Assembly: GCA_965222375.1 (NCBI GenBank)
Contig: CBDCTZ010000016.1
Location: 864,001-928,000, forward strand
From: Polyangiaceae bacterium
Lineage (GTDB): Bacteria > Myxococcota_A > Polyangia > Polyangiales > Polyangiaceae
Direction of reading: 5' to 3'
DNA: 64,000 nucleotides
A program made the position numbers and the translations under genes. The notes below the pieces were generated by a model, which was given only the letters and a program-made list of their open reading frames with translations, had not been told where the DNA came from and made no database searches. Positions 17,496-26,437 of this stretch are shown piece after piece. Every line of letters starts with the position of its first letter. The stretch's first letter is position 1.

Positions 17496-19541
17496 GTGAT
17501 CAAGAAGGCAGTCTTTGTTTTTTCGTTGATGGCCGCTGCATGCGGCTCTGACTCGGATGCCCAAATCGGAGGTACCGGCGGGAAAGGCGGTGCCGCGGCA
17601 GGCAGTGGTTTTGGTGGCACCGGTGCAGGCACCACCGGTGGTGCCGCGGGCGCTGCAGGAGCTGCCGGCGGTGCGGGAGTTGCGGGAACAGGCGGTACGT
17701 CAGGTAGCGCCGGCACGGGTGGCGGCTCCGGAATCGGGTTGATGATCACGGAGCTGATGATCAACCCGAAGGACAAGCTAGATAGCGTGGGCGAGTACGT
17801 AGAGGTCTACAACGCTGGCCCGGCCGCGGTGGACCTCAATGGCTACACCCTCAGCGACGACTTCAGCAACTCCCACGTAATCAAGCAGGCGCTGAAGGTC
17901 GCGCCGGGCGCCTATGTCGTGCTTGGGCCCAACGACGACATCCACAACAACGGCGGCGTCCCTGTCGACTACGTTTACGACAACTTCCTACTCGCCAACG
18001 GCGGCGACTCTGTCTACCTCGACGATCCGCAATCAACCCGGGTGGCAGCGGTCAAGTATGACTCGAAGCTGCCTTGGCCCGTTGGTGACGGTGCATCCAT
18101 CGAGCTGACGAGCCTGAGCGCCGATCCCACCCAGGGATCCAGCTGGGCCCTCGCCAAGAACCGTTACGGCACGGGTGATCTCGGCACGCCCGGTGGCCCC
18201 AACGGTCTAGGCCCGGTTCCGTACACCCTCGATGCCGCCGACATGGGCTGGCAGGACCCGGTGCTCAAAGCAGGACTGGTGTTCTCCTACTTCGATGACC
18301 CGAAAAATGCGGTGCTCAAGGCGGTAAACGGCGCGACCAAGTCGATTCACATCGCCATGTTCAACCTGCGAGAGAGCAGCATCATCAAAGCGCTGGGCAC
18401 AGCCAAGGGCAAGGGCGTGGACGTGCAGGTCCTGCTCGATGCCAAGCAGATGGCGCTGCCTCACAATCAATCGAAGATCCAGGAGATCAAGGACGCAGGG
18501 ATCACCCCCGTGGGCGTGACCAACTCGAGTGCAACCAATGCGACGATGCACGACAAGTTCACTATCATCGATGGCGCGCGGGTGCTGACCGGTTCAGCTA
18601 ACTACTCCTCCAACGCTCTGAATCTCAGTGATGAGGAGTTGCTCCTAATAGACAACCCATCCGTCGCCGCATTGTTCGAAACAGAGTTCGCGGAGCTCAA
18701 AGCGGGCGGTGCCAATGCGGCCACCGCCGCGACGTCGGCACCTGTGCAAGTCAAGTTCGGCACCGATGACAAGCTCTACAACATCGTCCTATCCGAGCTG
18801 AAGGCAGCGAAGACCAGCATTCACGTGGTGATGTTCTCGATCAATCAGAGCGGGCTCATTGCCGAACTCATCGCCGCGAAACAGCGAGGCGTGCATGTGG
18901 TCGTCGTATTGGACAAGGTTCAAGCGGCCAATAGCACCGAGGACGAGAAGCTGGACGCCGCGGGGATCCCCGTGATGCGTTTCGAAAACAAGCGTGGTGG
19001 TTCCGGAAACCTCGGTTTGGTGGAAGTGCACAACAAGCTGTGCGTCATCGACGGCAAGAAGCTACTCATGGGCTCCTATAACTGGACCAACCTCGCCAGC
19101 TTCTTCAACGACGAGAACATGTTGATCCTCAGCTCTCGCTTGCTCGCCGTGCAGGCTGAGCACGAGATCGCCCAGCTCATCAACGACTACCAACCGAGCT
19201 TCAACCCCACGTCAGCGGGTTTTGCTGCGGGCACCCGAAGCGTGAAAGTGAGCGTGCGAGGCCTTTCCCTATCAGACTCCACGGAGCTGCTGCTGGTTGG
19301 TGACAACGCGACGCTGGGCGACAGCAACTACGCGCTGGCGGTGCCCCTCACTGCCGCTGGCGGTGGCACCTATGAAAAGACCGTGACGCTTCCCGCGGGC
19401 GACGCCGTCAACTACCAGCTCATCGCGCGCAGTACCGACCGACACAACTATGCCGAGCCAATCCTGACGCGCAGCTTCACGGTTCCCTACGCCAACGGGA
19501 CTGCGGAACTGAGCCACGCCTTTGGCAAGCGCCTAGACTGA
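17496..19541 (+). CDS. Lipoprotein with lamin-tail domain, two phospholipase D (HKD) domains and C-terminal CBM20-like domain
   Basis: MAAAC lipobox; LMITELMINP...EYVEVYN...GTPG (LTD); HDKFTIIDG...GSAN and HNKLCVIDG...GSYN; LLLVGDNATLG...AVPL (CBM20-like). Confidence 0.85.
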   Translation: MIKKAVFVFSLMAAACGSDSDAQIGGTGGKGGAAAGSGFGGTGAGTTGGAAGAAGAAGGAGVAGTGGTSGSAGTGGGSGIGLMITELMINPKDKLDSVGEYVEVYNAGPAAVDLNGYTLSDDFSNSHVIKQALKVAPGAYVVLGPNDDIHNNGGVPVDYVYDNFLLANGGDSVYLDDPQSTRVAAVKYDSKLPWPVGDGASIELTSLSADPTQGSSWALAKNRYGTGDLGTPGGPNGLGPVPYTLDAADMGWQDPVLKAGLVFSYFDDPKNAVLKAVNGATKSIHIAMFNLRESSIIKALGTAKGKGVDVQVLLDAKQMALPHNQSKIQEIKDAGITPVGVTNSSATNATMHDKFTIIDGARVLTGSANYSSNALNLSDEELLLIDNPSVAALFETEFAELKAGGANAATAATSAPVQVKFGTDDKLYNIVLSELKAAKTSIHVVMFSINQSGLIAELIAAKQRGVHVVVVLDKVQAANSTEDEKLDAAGIPVMRFENKRGGSGNLGLVEVHNKLCVIDGKKLLMGSYNWTNLASFFNDENMLILSSRLLAVQAEHEIAQLINDYQPSFNPTSAGFAAGTRSVKVSVRGLSLSDSTELLLVGDNATLGDSNYALAVPLTAAGGGTYEKTVTLPAGDAVNYQLIARSTDRHNYAEPILTRSFTVPYANGTAELSHAFGKRLD

Positions 19542-19556
19542 TGCCATGGTTGCCGC

Positions 19557-20522
19557 GTGTGGCGGCAACTCGCAGAGCAATGCGCATTCAGGTCGTGGCG
19601 GGTTCTGTCCCCCCCGCCACGGCTCGCGAGCTTGCGGGCGCAAACCCTCGCTCTGATCGTCTCAGCATGCGTGGCGAACGCAGGTTGCGCGACAGCTGGC
19701 GGTAGCAGCTTCGGCAAAGGTCCGCGCTCGTCGTCCCAAGCCGCTCCGCCCGGCGTCGCGTCCAAGTCATCCAACCCCGACAGCACGCAGCCCAGCGCCC
19801 TGACGCCCGATGGCCCTGAACCCGACAACCGGGCGGAGCCTGCTGGCGAAACGCGCCTGGTTGAACTCACGGTTGTCGGCCACCGCCCCGCCATCGTGAG
19901 CGTGCCTCCTGGGTCCCGGACTGCTCCGGTGATGGTCGCCGCCCACGGCGCCGGCGATCGCGCTGAAGAGCAGTGTGCCTACTGGGCGCATCACGTCGGG
20001 CGCCACGTGTTCATTCTGTGTCCTCGCGGCGTGCCCATGAATCGTCATCCGCAGACGGGCTGGTTCTTTCGGCACCACCACGCGTTGGGCAAAGAGGTCC
20101 AAGCCGCCATCAAAGCGTTCCGCGCCGAACACCCCCGTGCGGACACGCGCGCCATGGTCTTCACGGGCTACTCCCAGGGCGCAACCATGGGTGCTCTGCA
20201 TGCCCACACGGTTCCCGGTCAGTTATCGCGTCTGCTCCTGATCGAAGGTGGCTTCGGCGAGTGGGATATCCCTACCGCCAAGAAGTTCCTCTCCCAGGGG
20301 GGCAAGCGCGTGGTGCTGTTGTGCGGGATCACTCACTGCGCCCACGGAGCCAAGCGTGGGCGTGCCATGCTCGAGCGAGGCAAGGTTCCAGTTCGCATCG
20401 AATACGTCAAAGGCGGTGGGCACACCTATGGCGGAAGCGTCGGAGAGCGCGCAGTGGAGCACCTCGCGTGGCTCGTGGAGGACGACGAGCGTTGGTCCAA
20501 GTGGCGCAAGTCACGCGAGTGA
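19557..20522 (+). CDS. Alpha/beta hydrolase (esterase-like), probably exported; start uncertain
   Basis: AAHGAG, nucleophile elbow GYSQG, C-terminal GGH. Confidence 0.75.
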   Translation: MWRQLAEQCAFRSWRVLSPPPRLASLRAQTLALIVSACVANAGCATAGGSSFGKGPRSSSQAAPPGVASKSSNPDSTQPSALTPDGPEPDNRAEPAGETRLVELTVVGHRPAIVSVPPGSRTAPVMVAAHGAGDRAEEQCAYWAHHVGRHVFILCPRGVPMNRHPQTGWFFRHHHALGKEVQAAIKAFRAEHPRADTRAMVFTGYSQGATMGALHAHTVPGQLSRLLLIEGGFGEWDIPTAKKFLSQGGKRVVLLCGITHCAHGAKRGRAMLERGKVPVRIEYVKGGGHTYGGSVGERAVEHLAWLVEDDERWSKWRKSRE

Positions 20523-20858
20523 GTCGAGGGCCGGCTTCGGCGCCCTCCGCGCCCGCGAGCGACCGTGCGCTCGGCTTTGCGCGCTGCCTCTCCTTGTTCG
20601 CAGGAGGCCAGCGTGGCGAGTCGCAGGCTGTGTTTTCGCCAGAATGAGCAAGCTTATGCCGTTTCAACACGATGAACGGAACCCGAGATCCATCGCGTCG
20701 CGACCGCGCTCGGCTGGTTGTTCGGCGCACCCTGACCCAGCACTAGATTAGGGCTCGAGGGCCGCGGCAACTCCGCGACCCCAACCAAACAAATCCAGCA
20801 CTAGACCGCACCATTTCCGCGACCTCAAAAACAACAACCGATCCAGCTGTTCCGCTGG

Positions 20859-21551
20859 CTAGAGCTGGAAGCAATACAGCCGCCGCTCGCCGTCGCAGTC
20901 TTGGGGTGTGGAGGTTTCCGTCCAAGGCTTCTTGGAACTGTTGGCCTCGCCGACCACGCCATGCAAACTGCTGTCAGTACTGGTCCATTTCCCGCAGGTC
21001 GCCGTCGCTGCTGTCCCGCCCGGCCTGGTTCCCGTCCAGACCTGCTGCGTGCCACTCAAGGGTTGGCCATCTTCGAAGAAGTTGATGGGACTCTGCAAGA
21101 AGCCACTCAGTAGTTCACTCTTGCGATCGGCGACTCGCGTTCCGTTGGATAATTCCCAGGGCCCGTCGCTGGTGAGTCGACTCGCTGCGTTCGAGTCCTT
21201 GGAGGAAATCCAGGCCACGAACTTGCCTGGCACCCCAGCCGAGGACGCAACTTCGTTGCAGATCGCATCTGCGCCCTGAGGGCCCGTGAGATCTCCCTTG
21301 GTCTTGCGACTCGAGATGAAAACGAGACGGCTTCCCCCCGCGCCGCCCGCCTGGCCGCCGCTGGCCGCTTGACCACCGCCGCCCGCCTGGCCGCCACTGC
21401 CCGCCTGCCAGCCGCTGCCGGTCTGTCCGCCGGTCCCCGAGCTGAACTCATCACCGCCACAGCCCAAGCAAAACGCTCCGGCAATGGCCCCGGCCAAAAG
21501 CCGACTGATTGTTCCCGCAGCCCTCACAGCGCCCTGCCGCGAAGGTACCAT
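20859..21551 (-). CDS. Lipoprotein with DUF1554/endostatin-like domain
   Basis: CLGC lipobox, Gly/Gln linker, VFISS...GDL.G..GADAIC...AWIS...WTGT...C..W...LYCFQ. Confidence 0.75.
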   Translation of the reverse strand: MVPSRQGAVRAAGTISRLLAGAIAGAFCLGCGGDEFSSGTGGQTGSGWQAGSGGQAGGGGQAASGGQAGGAGGSRLVFISSRKTKGDLTGPQGADAICNEVASSAGVPGKFVAWISSKDSNAASRLTSDGPWELSNGTRVADRKSELLSGFLQSPINFFEDGQPLSGTQQVWTGTRPGGTAATATCGKWTSTDSSLHGVVGEANSSKKPWTETSTPQDCDGERRLYCFQL

Positions 21552-21600
21552 GAACCTCGGGCCGGGCCAGGCTGGAGATAAGGCGAAGGGTCGCGGCAAA

Positions 21601-21765
21601 TCGCCCACCCACGTCGGGGGGGGAGTGCGTCCATCGGTACGAGTGGCGACTCAGTTGCGAAGCATCGCGCCACGCACAGCGCTCGCGCGACGTAACGCCC
21701 ACCGAACCACCCTGGTGCCACAAAGCGCCCACCCACATCGGGGGGGAGTGCGTCCATCGGTACGA
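21601..21765. repeat. Direct repeat pair (about 41 bp) with a G-run
   Basis: CGCCCACCCAC(G/A)TCG(7-8)AGTGCGTCCATCGGTACGA at about 21602 and 21726. Confidence 0.85.
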
Positions 21766-21824
21766 ACGCCGCGTGGGTTGCGGACCCTGTCGGAGAAATC
21801 TCGTGTTGTGGGTTTGGGTCGCGG

Positions 21825-21955
21825 CGTTTTGCGTCGCTGGTGCTCTACTCTCGCCCTTACCCGGGTTGGGGCAGTCTCGGCGTTCTTGCGTCGCAGGTGC
21901 CTTACGCTCGCCGTTACCCGGGTTGGGGCAACGTCGGGGGTTGGGGCAACGTCGT
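21825..21955. repeat. Degenerate ~57-bp tandem repeats carrying TTACCCGGGTTGGGGCA
   Basis: TTGCGTCGC(T/A)GGTGC...TTACCCGGGTTGGGGCA twice, followed by a duplicated GGGTTGGGGCAACGTCG. Confidence 0.8.
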
Positions 21956-21976
21956 ACCCTGGTCGGGGCGCCGGCG

Positions 21977-23701
21977 TCAGGGCGCTCGGCGCTTGTAGAC
22001 CCAGACCACCGGGACGCCGTGATAGGTGCCCACGTGTCCGGGGGAGGTCGTGCCGTAGTCGAGCCACAGTTGATATTCCATGCGGCTCATGTGCGGCTCG
22101 TAGTGATGCAGTGACATGTTCGACCCCTCCATGGTCCAGGAGCCGCGCAGCTGCTTCGAGAGCCTGCCGTCAGCAATCATTTGGTCCCAGGACTGCATGG
22201 CGGTGTCGTGGGGGTAGACCCGAACGCCTGGGGCGGCGTTGTCGTTGAGATAACCCTGAATGGCACCGACCGAGTAGCCCCAGAACGTGCGATTCAGTCC
22301 CAGGTTGGCGGCTCCGGTGGCGCCGCCGACGATGGGCGTGTAGCCGCCCAGGCCCCAGGGGTGGGACTGCAGCGTGATCAGCGTAGGCGCGGCCAAGGCG
22401 CAGGCGACGAGGCCCACCCGCAACGGGATCCCGCGCAACTTTGCGGCAAGTTTCGGCAGCGATCGCTCCGCGGAAGCATGCAGCTCGTAAAACGCGCGTG
22501 CGGCGAACAGGCACAAGAAGGGATACGCCGTGATCCAGTGCTTGGTGCCTCCAAAGATCGGCGTGTTGCTGGAAACCCATGGGGCATAGCTGGTCAAGAT
22601 GCACAGCAACCACAGCACTTCGGTGCCGACCCGGCGTTGGTCCACCCGGGTTGGTTTCCAAGGCTCCAGCGTCTTGCCGAAACGAGCCGTCAGCTTCCCC
22701 AGCATGCCCCTGGCTCGGCACAGTAGGAAATGCCGAACCCCTGAACCCAGCCCGACGATGAACAAGCCCAGGGTCACGGCGGGCACCGTGGCCAAGGTCA
22801 TCACCCAGGCGTAGGCCCGTGGCATCGGCGGCTTCCAGTAGGTGCGGCCGAGGAACTCCATGTTGTAGTACTCGTGGTGCATGTGGAACGCCACGTAGGT
22901 CGACAGGCGCTTCCCCGTGTCGTGCCAAATCCACGGCCACAACGCGTAGAACACCAAAGGGCCGATCAGTGCCATGGCGAAGAGCGCTTTGGGGATGCGG
23001 ACCTGACCGATTTTGAGACCCCTCCATAGGCTGCGCCAGCGCACGATGAATAGCCACGCGATCAGAGCGGGGGGCAACAGCCACGAATTGTGCTTCGTGT
23101 TCAGTAGCAGGCCGTAGAGCACGCCGACGAAGATGGCGAAGACGAGCCCGCGATCCAGTGAACGCCAGAAGGCGTAGGTTGTGATGAGCCACATGGCCGC
23201 AACGGGCATGTCGAAGCAGTCGAGGTGTGCGTGGTAGAACACGCGCGGCATCATTCCCAACAGAACGGCTGCAACGACGCCTGCTGTTCGGCTGATGCTC
23301 TTCGCGCCCCACAGGTAGGTCACGGCGAGAGCGATGCCGCTCAACACCATGCCTGGGAATCGAAACGCCGTTCCAGCGTCCGCGAAGACCTTGTGTTTCT
23401 CGAACAGGTACAGGTTCGAGAGGGCGAATAGTCCCTTCATGAACGCCGGGTGCTCGCTGTTGGCGACCCAATAGCGATCGACGGTTGCGCGGGTAAGCGC
23501 CTGGTCCGGGTCCTTCAGCAGCAGCTCGAACCAGGCGCCGTAGCTTCGGGCTGCCTGGAAGTAGAAACCCTCGTCTCGGGCGTAGCCAAGGTTGTCTGCG
23601 GTGAGCAGCAACAACGCCACGTAGCCGCAGCACAGAGCAAGCGCCACCAGAGGGTCCGTGCCGGCGACCAGCCAACGGCGACTGCGTGAAGGCTCGTTCA
23701 T
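21977..23701 (-). CDS. GT-C membrane glycosyltransferase (GT39/PMT-like)
   Basis: GYARDEGFY, EHPAFMK, HAHLDCFDMP motifs; many TM helices; start MNEPS overlaps the upstream stop. Confidence 0.82.
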   Translation of the reverse strand: MNEPSRSRRWLVAGTDPLVALALCCGYVALLLLTADNLGYARDEGFYFQAARSYGAWFELLLKDPDQALTRATVDRYWVANSEHPAFMKGLFALSNLYLFEKHKVFADAGTAFRFPGMVLSGIALAVTYLWGAKSISRTAGVVAAVLLGMMPRVFYHAHLDCFDMPVAAMWLITTYAFWRSLDRGLVFAIFVGVLYGLLLNTKHNSWLLPPALIAWLFIVRWRSLWRGLKIGQVRIPKALFAMALIGPLVFYALWPWIWHDTGKRLSTYVAFHMHHEYYNMEFLGRTYWKPPMPRAYAWVMTLATVPAVTLGLFIVGLGSGVRHFLLCRARGMLGKLTARFGKTLEPWKPTRVDQRRVGTEVLWLLCILTSYAPWVSSNTPIFGGTKHWITAYPFLCLFAARAFYELHASAERSLPKLAAKLRGIPLRVGLVACALAAPTLITLQSHPWGLGGYTPIVGGATGAANLGLNRTFWGYSVGAIQGYLNDNAAPGVRVYPHDTAMQSWDQMIADGRLSKQLRGSWTMEGSNMSLHHYEPHMSRMEYQLWLDYGTTSPGHVGTYHGVPVVWVYKRRAP

Positions 23702-24612
23702 CGCATGTCCGCCGCGAAGCAGAAGTGGCGGTTGCTCACACTCGTGCTGGACACTCGGAACTGCACCTTGCCGCGCGTGCCCGGGCTCGCTCCCGTTGGG
23801 AAGCGGAAGCCCGCCCAACCCATGAGGTCTTCTTGCACGTGAGTTCCAACCAGCTTGCCGTTGACGCGCACCTCGAGTTGGACCGGCGCGCCACCTCCGT
23901 TGCGAACCATCAGATAGGGCAAGCCTGCGTGTCCCCGAAGTTCGGCGCCAAGTGGGACGTCAGCGAACTCGAGGGTCAGGGGACCATTGGGTGTTGGGTA
24001 GGCATGAATGCAACGCCGGGGACGGTCGTCGGGATCGTCAATGACGGTCACGCCGACGAGGTAGGGCTCCCCAGATGGGCAGCTGAAGCGTTTCCGAGGG
24101 TAGGTTGGATTGCCGGCCAGGCCGCCGCTCTTTGGGCGGTGGCGAGTGGACCACTTGCAGGGCTTCTGGTCGGGGCCGCTGGTCTCGGTGACGACGGCCT
24201 CGCTGAGTGCGTCCACGAAATCCAGTTGCACTCGAGGCGCCTTTGGATTGGAAAGCACGCGTAGGAAAAAGCGACCAGAGTTTCGGGACTCGGTCACGCT
24301 CCAAGCCGACAGTTCCGGATCCGAGCTACCGAGAATGCTGATCTCCACCGCGCTACGGTAGCCATCCAGGCTTGGCCGCGCGACGTCGCGCAAGGGCATG
24401 AGTTCGTCACCCAGCGCAGCGCGAGCCAGGGGTTCTGCCCAACGCGGTGACACGACGACGACGGCCTCCGGGGCCTTGGCTTCGCGCACCTCGGAGGCCA
24501 TGGCGCGCCACTCGCCCAGATCCGGTGCGCGCTGGGTGGCCCAAAGCTGTCCGCCGAGTTCGGCAATACCCACCACGGGCAGCCCGATCCACAGCCAGCT
24601 CAGGACGCGCAT
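23698..24612 (-). CDS. Hypothetical exported protein with beta-sandwich C-terminus
   Basis: N-terminal TM (MRVLSWLWIGLPVVGI); translationally coupled to the GT gene. Confidence 0.65.
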   Translation of the reverse strand: MRVLSWLWIGLPVVGIAELGGQLWATQRAPDLGEWRAMASEVREAKAPEAVVVVSPRWAEPLARAALGDELMPLRDVARPSLDGYRSAVEISILGSSDPELSAWSVTESRNSGRFFLRVLSNPKAPRVQLDFVDALSEAVVTETSGPDQKPCKWSTRHRPKSGGLAGNPTYPRKRFSCPSGEPYLVGVTVIDDPDDRPRRCIHAYPTPNGPLTLEFADVPLGAELRGHAGLPYLMVRNGGGAPVQLEVRVNGKLVGTHVQEDLMGWAGFRFPTGASPGTRGKVQFRVSSTSVSNRHFCFAADMR

Positions 24613-24794
24613 GGCGCGCGAGACTGCCACAAAACGCTCATCGGTCGGCCGATGCGCGTGCCGGCTCGGCGCCCAACCTGGGGAAGGTCCAGCCCAGCAA
24701 TCAACCCGGGTGAGGTGCTGGGGGCGGGCTGAGCGGATCAACCCGGGTGGGGCGATCGGGTGCTGGACTTGCGACCGATCAAGATCCTTGAGTC

Positions 24795-24898
24795 CATTGC
24801 TGATCGGCAATGCTGATCGTGCAGATCTGCAATGTTGCTTGAGAGTACCGCTATAAATATTGGATATTTCAACTAATTGTAGTGGCACGCCGGGTGCA
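24795..24898 (+). promoter_or_regulatory. Sigma54 promoter with IHF-like site and paired upstream palindromes
   Basis: TGGCACGCCGGGTGCA at 24883-24898 (GG-N10-GC); TTTCAACTAATTG at 24867-24879 (WATCAA-N4-TTR, 1 mismatch) inside an AT-rich tract; palindromes CATTGCTGATCGGCAATG (24795-24812) and TGCAGATCTGCA (24820-24831) with centres 22 bp apart. Confidence 0.75.
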
Positions 24899-24909
24899 TC
24901 GTTGGAGCA

Positions 24910-25066
24910 CGGCAACGGTCAGGAAGCCTTCTTTGGTTTCCGCTGCTGCCGCAATCTACAACACGGTACCTGGACGTACCCCCCCTCCGTTCGGGTGCCG
25001 TGTTCCTACTCCGCACGGCGATTCGAGACGATCCCCCCCTCCGTCCGAGTCGCCGTGCTCTTTTTT
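24910..25066 (+). ncRNA. Putative small regulatory RNA: three stem-loops, two C-rich loops, intrinsic terminator
   Basis: SL1 24910-24951; SL2 24960-25004 (17-bp stem, loop UACCCCCCCUC); SL3 25013-25058 (17 bp, loop AUCCCCCCCUC) followed by UCUUUUUU; starts at the +1 predicted from the sigma54 box. Confidence 0.75.
25013..25066 (+). terminator. Rho-independent terminator (SL3 of the putative sRNA)
   Basis: GCACGGCGATTCG...CGAGTCGCCGTGC stem followed by TCTTTTTT. Confidence 0.75.
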
Positions 25067-25109
25067 GTTCACCATGCTCACGAGCGCCGTTTTCGCCTAA
25101 TTCGGCGCA

Positions 25110-25930
25110 ATGAGCCCAGGGAACCCGCCCGAGCCCAGCAGAGCAGCTCGCCTGCTGGAGCCGCTGCTGCTGCGCATGGCGCACTGTCATCAGCCTGGTG
25201 CACGGACTGCACACTCTGCCCACCACCCTCATGCCGACAGAGGCGTTTGGCCATCTAGAGCAGCTGGGCGCGCTGACGAAACCCGAGTCCCCGCACTTCG
25301 ATTTGCTGCGGTGCGCGTTGAGTGAAACCGACCCTGCAGCGTTGGATAGCTGGCCCCCAAGGACCTCCGTCGGGCGCGGGCTTCGGCCGACAAGCTCTTG
25401 CGCAGGCTGCAAACGAAGTTCGAGTCGCGCAGTCTTCGTCGTTTGAAGGTGGTTCGAGTAGTTCGGATCGCAGCGGTAGTTGGAGTGCCGGTGCTCGCTG
25501 TGCTTCGCTTTTGCGCAGCTGTTTCTAGCGCCTGTCAATGTCGCGCGCGACAAACCCGTCATCGCGAGTAGCACCTCTATAGGGCTCCCACCTACCGTCG
25601 TCGTGGACGGCATCATCGATGCGGCGTGCGGCGTGCGGACGCGTCCCGAGAAGGACCCATAGGTACCGACTGATCTGCTGAAACATTGACCCATTCGAAG
25701 TGCGTTGTTGTACCCGGCCGCAGAGTTACCGAAGCTGCCCCTCGTAGTCGAGCTTTCGGCAGACGGAGAAAACTCCAGGCAAGTGGCTCGTCGCGGCCAC
25801 CCGATGAGCGCTGGCTTGCGTTGGCGCTTGGCGATGAAGGACACAGTCGGTCGCTACCCGCGAGTGCGCGTCCTGAGTGACGGAGCTCATCTATGCCTTG
25901 CTGAAGTCGATGCCTTTTCGCGCCTCGCGA
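25110..25930 (+). pseudogene. Decayed F5/8 type C (discoidin) domain membrane protein, paralog of 62238-63236
   Basis: LFLAPVNVARDKPVIASS...DP*VPTDLLKH*PIR...LVVELSADG...GRYPRVRVL...LCLAEVDAF aligns with LLLAPKNIAFGKPVIADS...VVVEISDD...GRFVRVRR...FALSEIEIY; in-frame stops at 25660 and 25687; 5' boundary approximate. Confidence 0.75.
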
Positions 25931-26032
25931 CCGCTGAACGGGCGTATCCCAGCGGCCTGGCGCCGAGGGCAATCCGACGAGCGCGTTGGAGCGCGCTATG
26001 CGCTATGGTTCCGCCGTTCGGATTTGTCAGCC

Positions 26033-26437
26033 ATGTTCACGCCTGCACTGCCGGTCGAAGCCCCTTACTTCAACGAAGAACTCAACATCCCCGAGCTGGC
26101 GCGTCGTGTGCTGCACGTTTTCGATGGTGCTGAGCTCCCGGGCGAGTTGGTTCTGGCGGACGACGGGTTCTCCGGCGGCACGCGTGCGGCTACAGAGGCG
26201 CGAGAGAAGGCCCACCCGGGCCGAGCCGTGGGCCGCTTTCATCCCAATCGAGGCATGACCTTCGCTTGGAAAACCGGGGTGGCCGCTGCAGCCGCACCTG
26301 CTGTGACCGTCATCGACTCTGACCACGATGGGGATCACTACTACTGGCAGTCTTGCATCATGCTCGCGGCCCACGCGAAGGTGTACTCCTGCAAGGAAGT
26401 TGAAACCTCGTTCGAGAATCGCGTCGCGGTGAGCTGA
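26033..26437 (+). pseudogene. Internally deleted paralog of the GT2-PaaK fusion gene (36753-38951)
   Basis: FNEELNIPELARRVL, AWKTGV, DGD.YYWQS, SCKEVETSFENR and the terminal VS* are shared with the intact gene, with two large in-frame deletions. Confidence 0.88.

Noticed and set aside
24860..25258. 132-aa ORF with GFRCCR resembling the end of an FGE-sulfatase domain
   Set aside because: TTG start inside the promoter and no other FGE motifs; the sequence is better explained by RNA stem pairing
24873..25844. 323-aa minus-strand ORF
   Set aside because: No recognisable motifs; it is antisense to the candidate sRNA and the discoidin pseudogene
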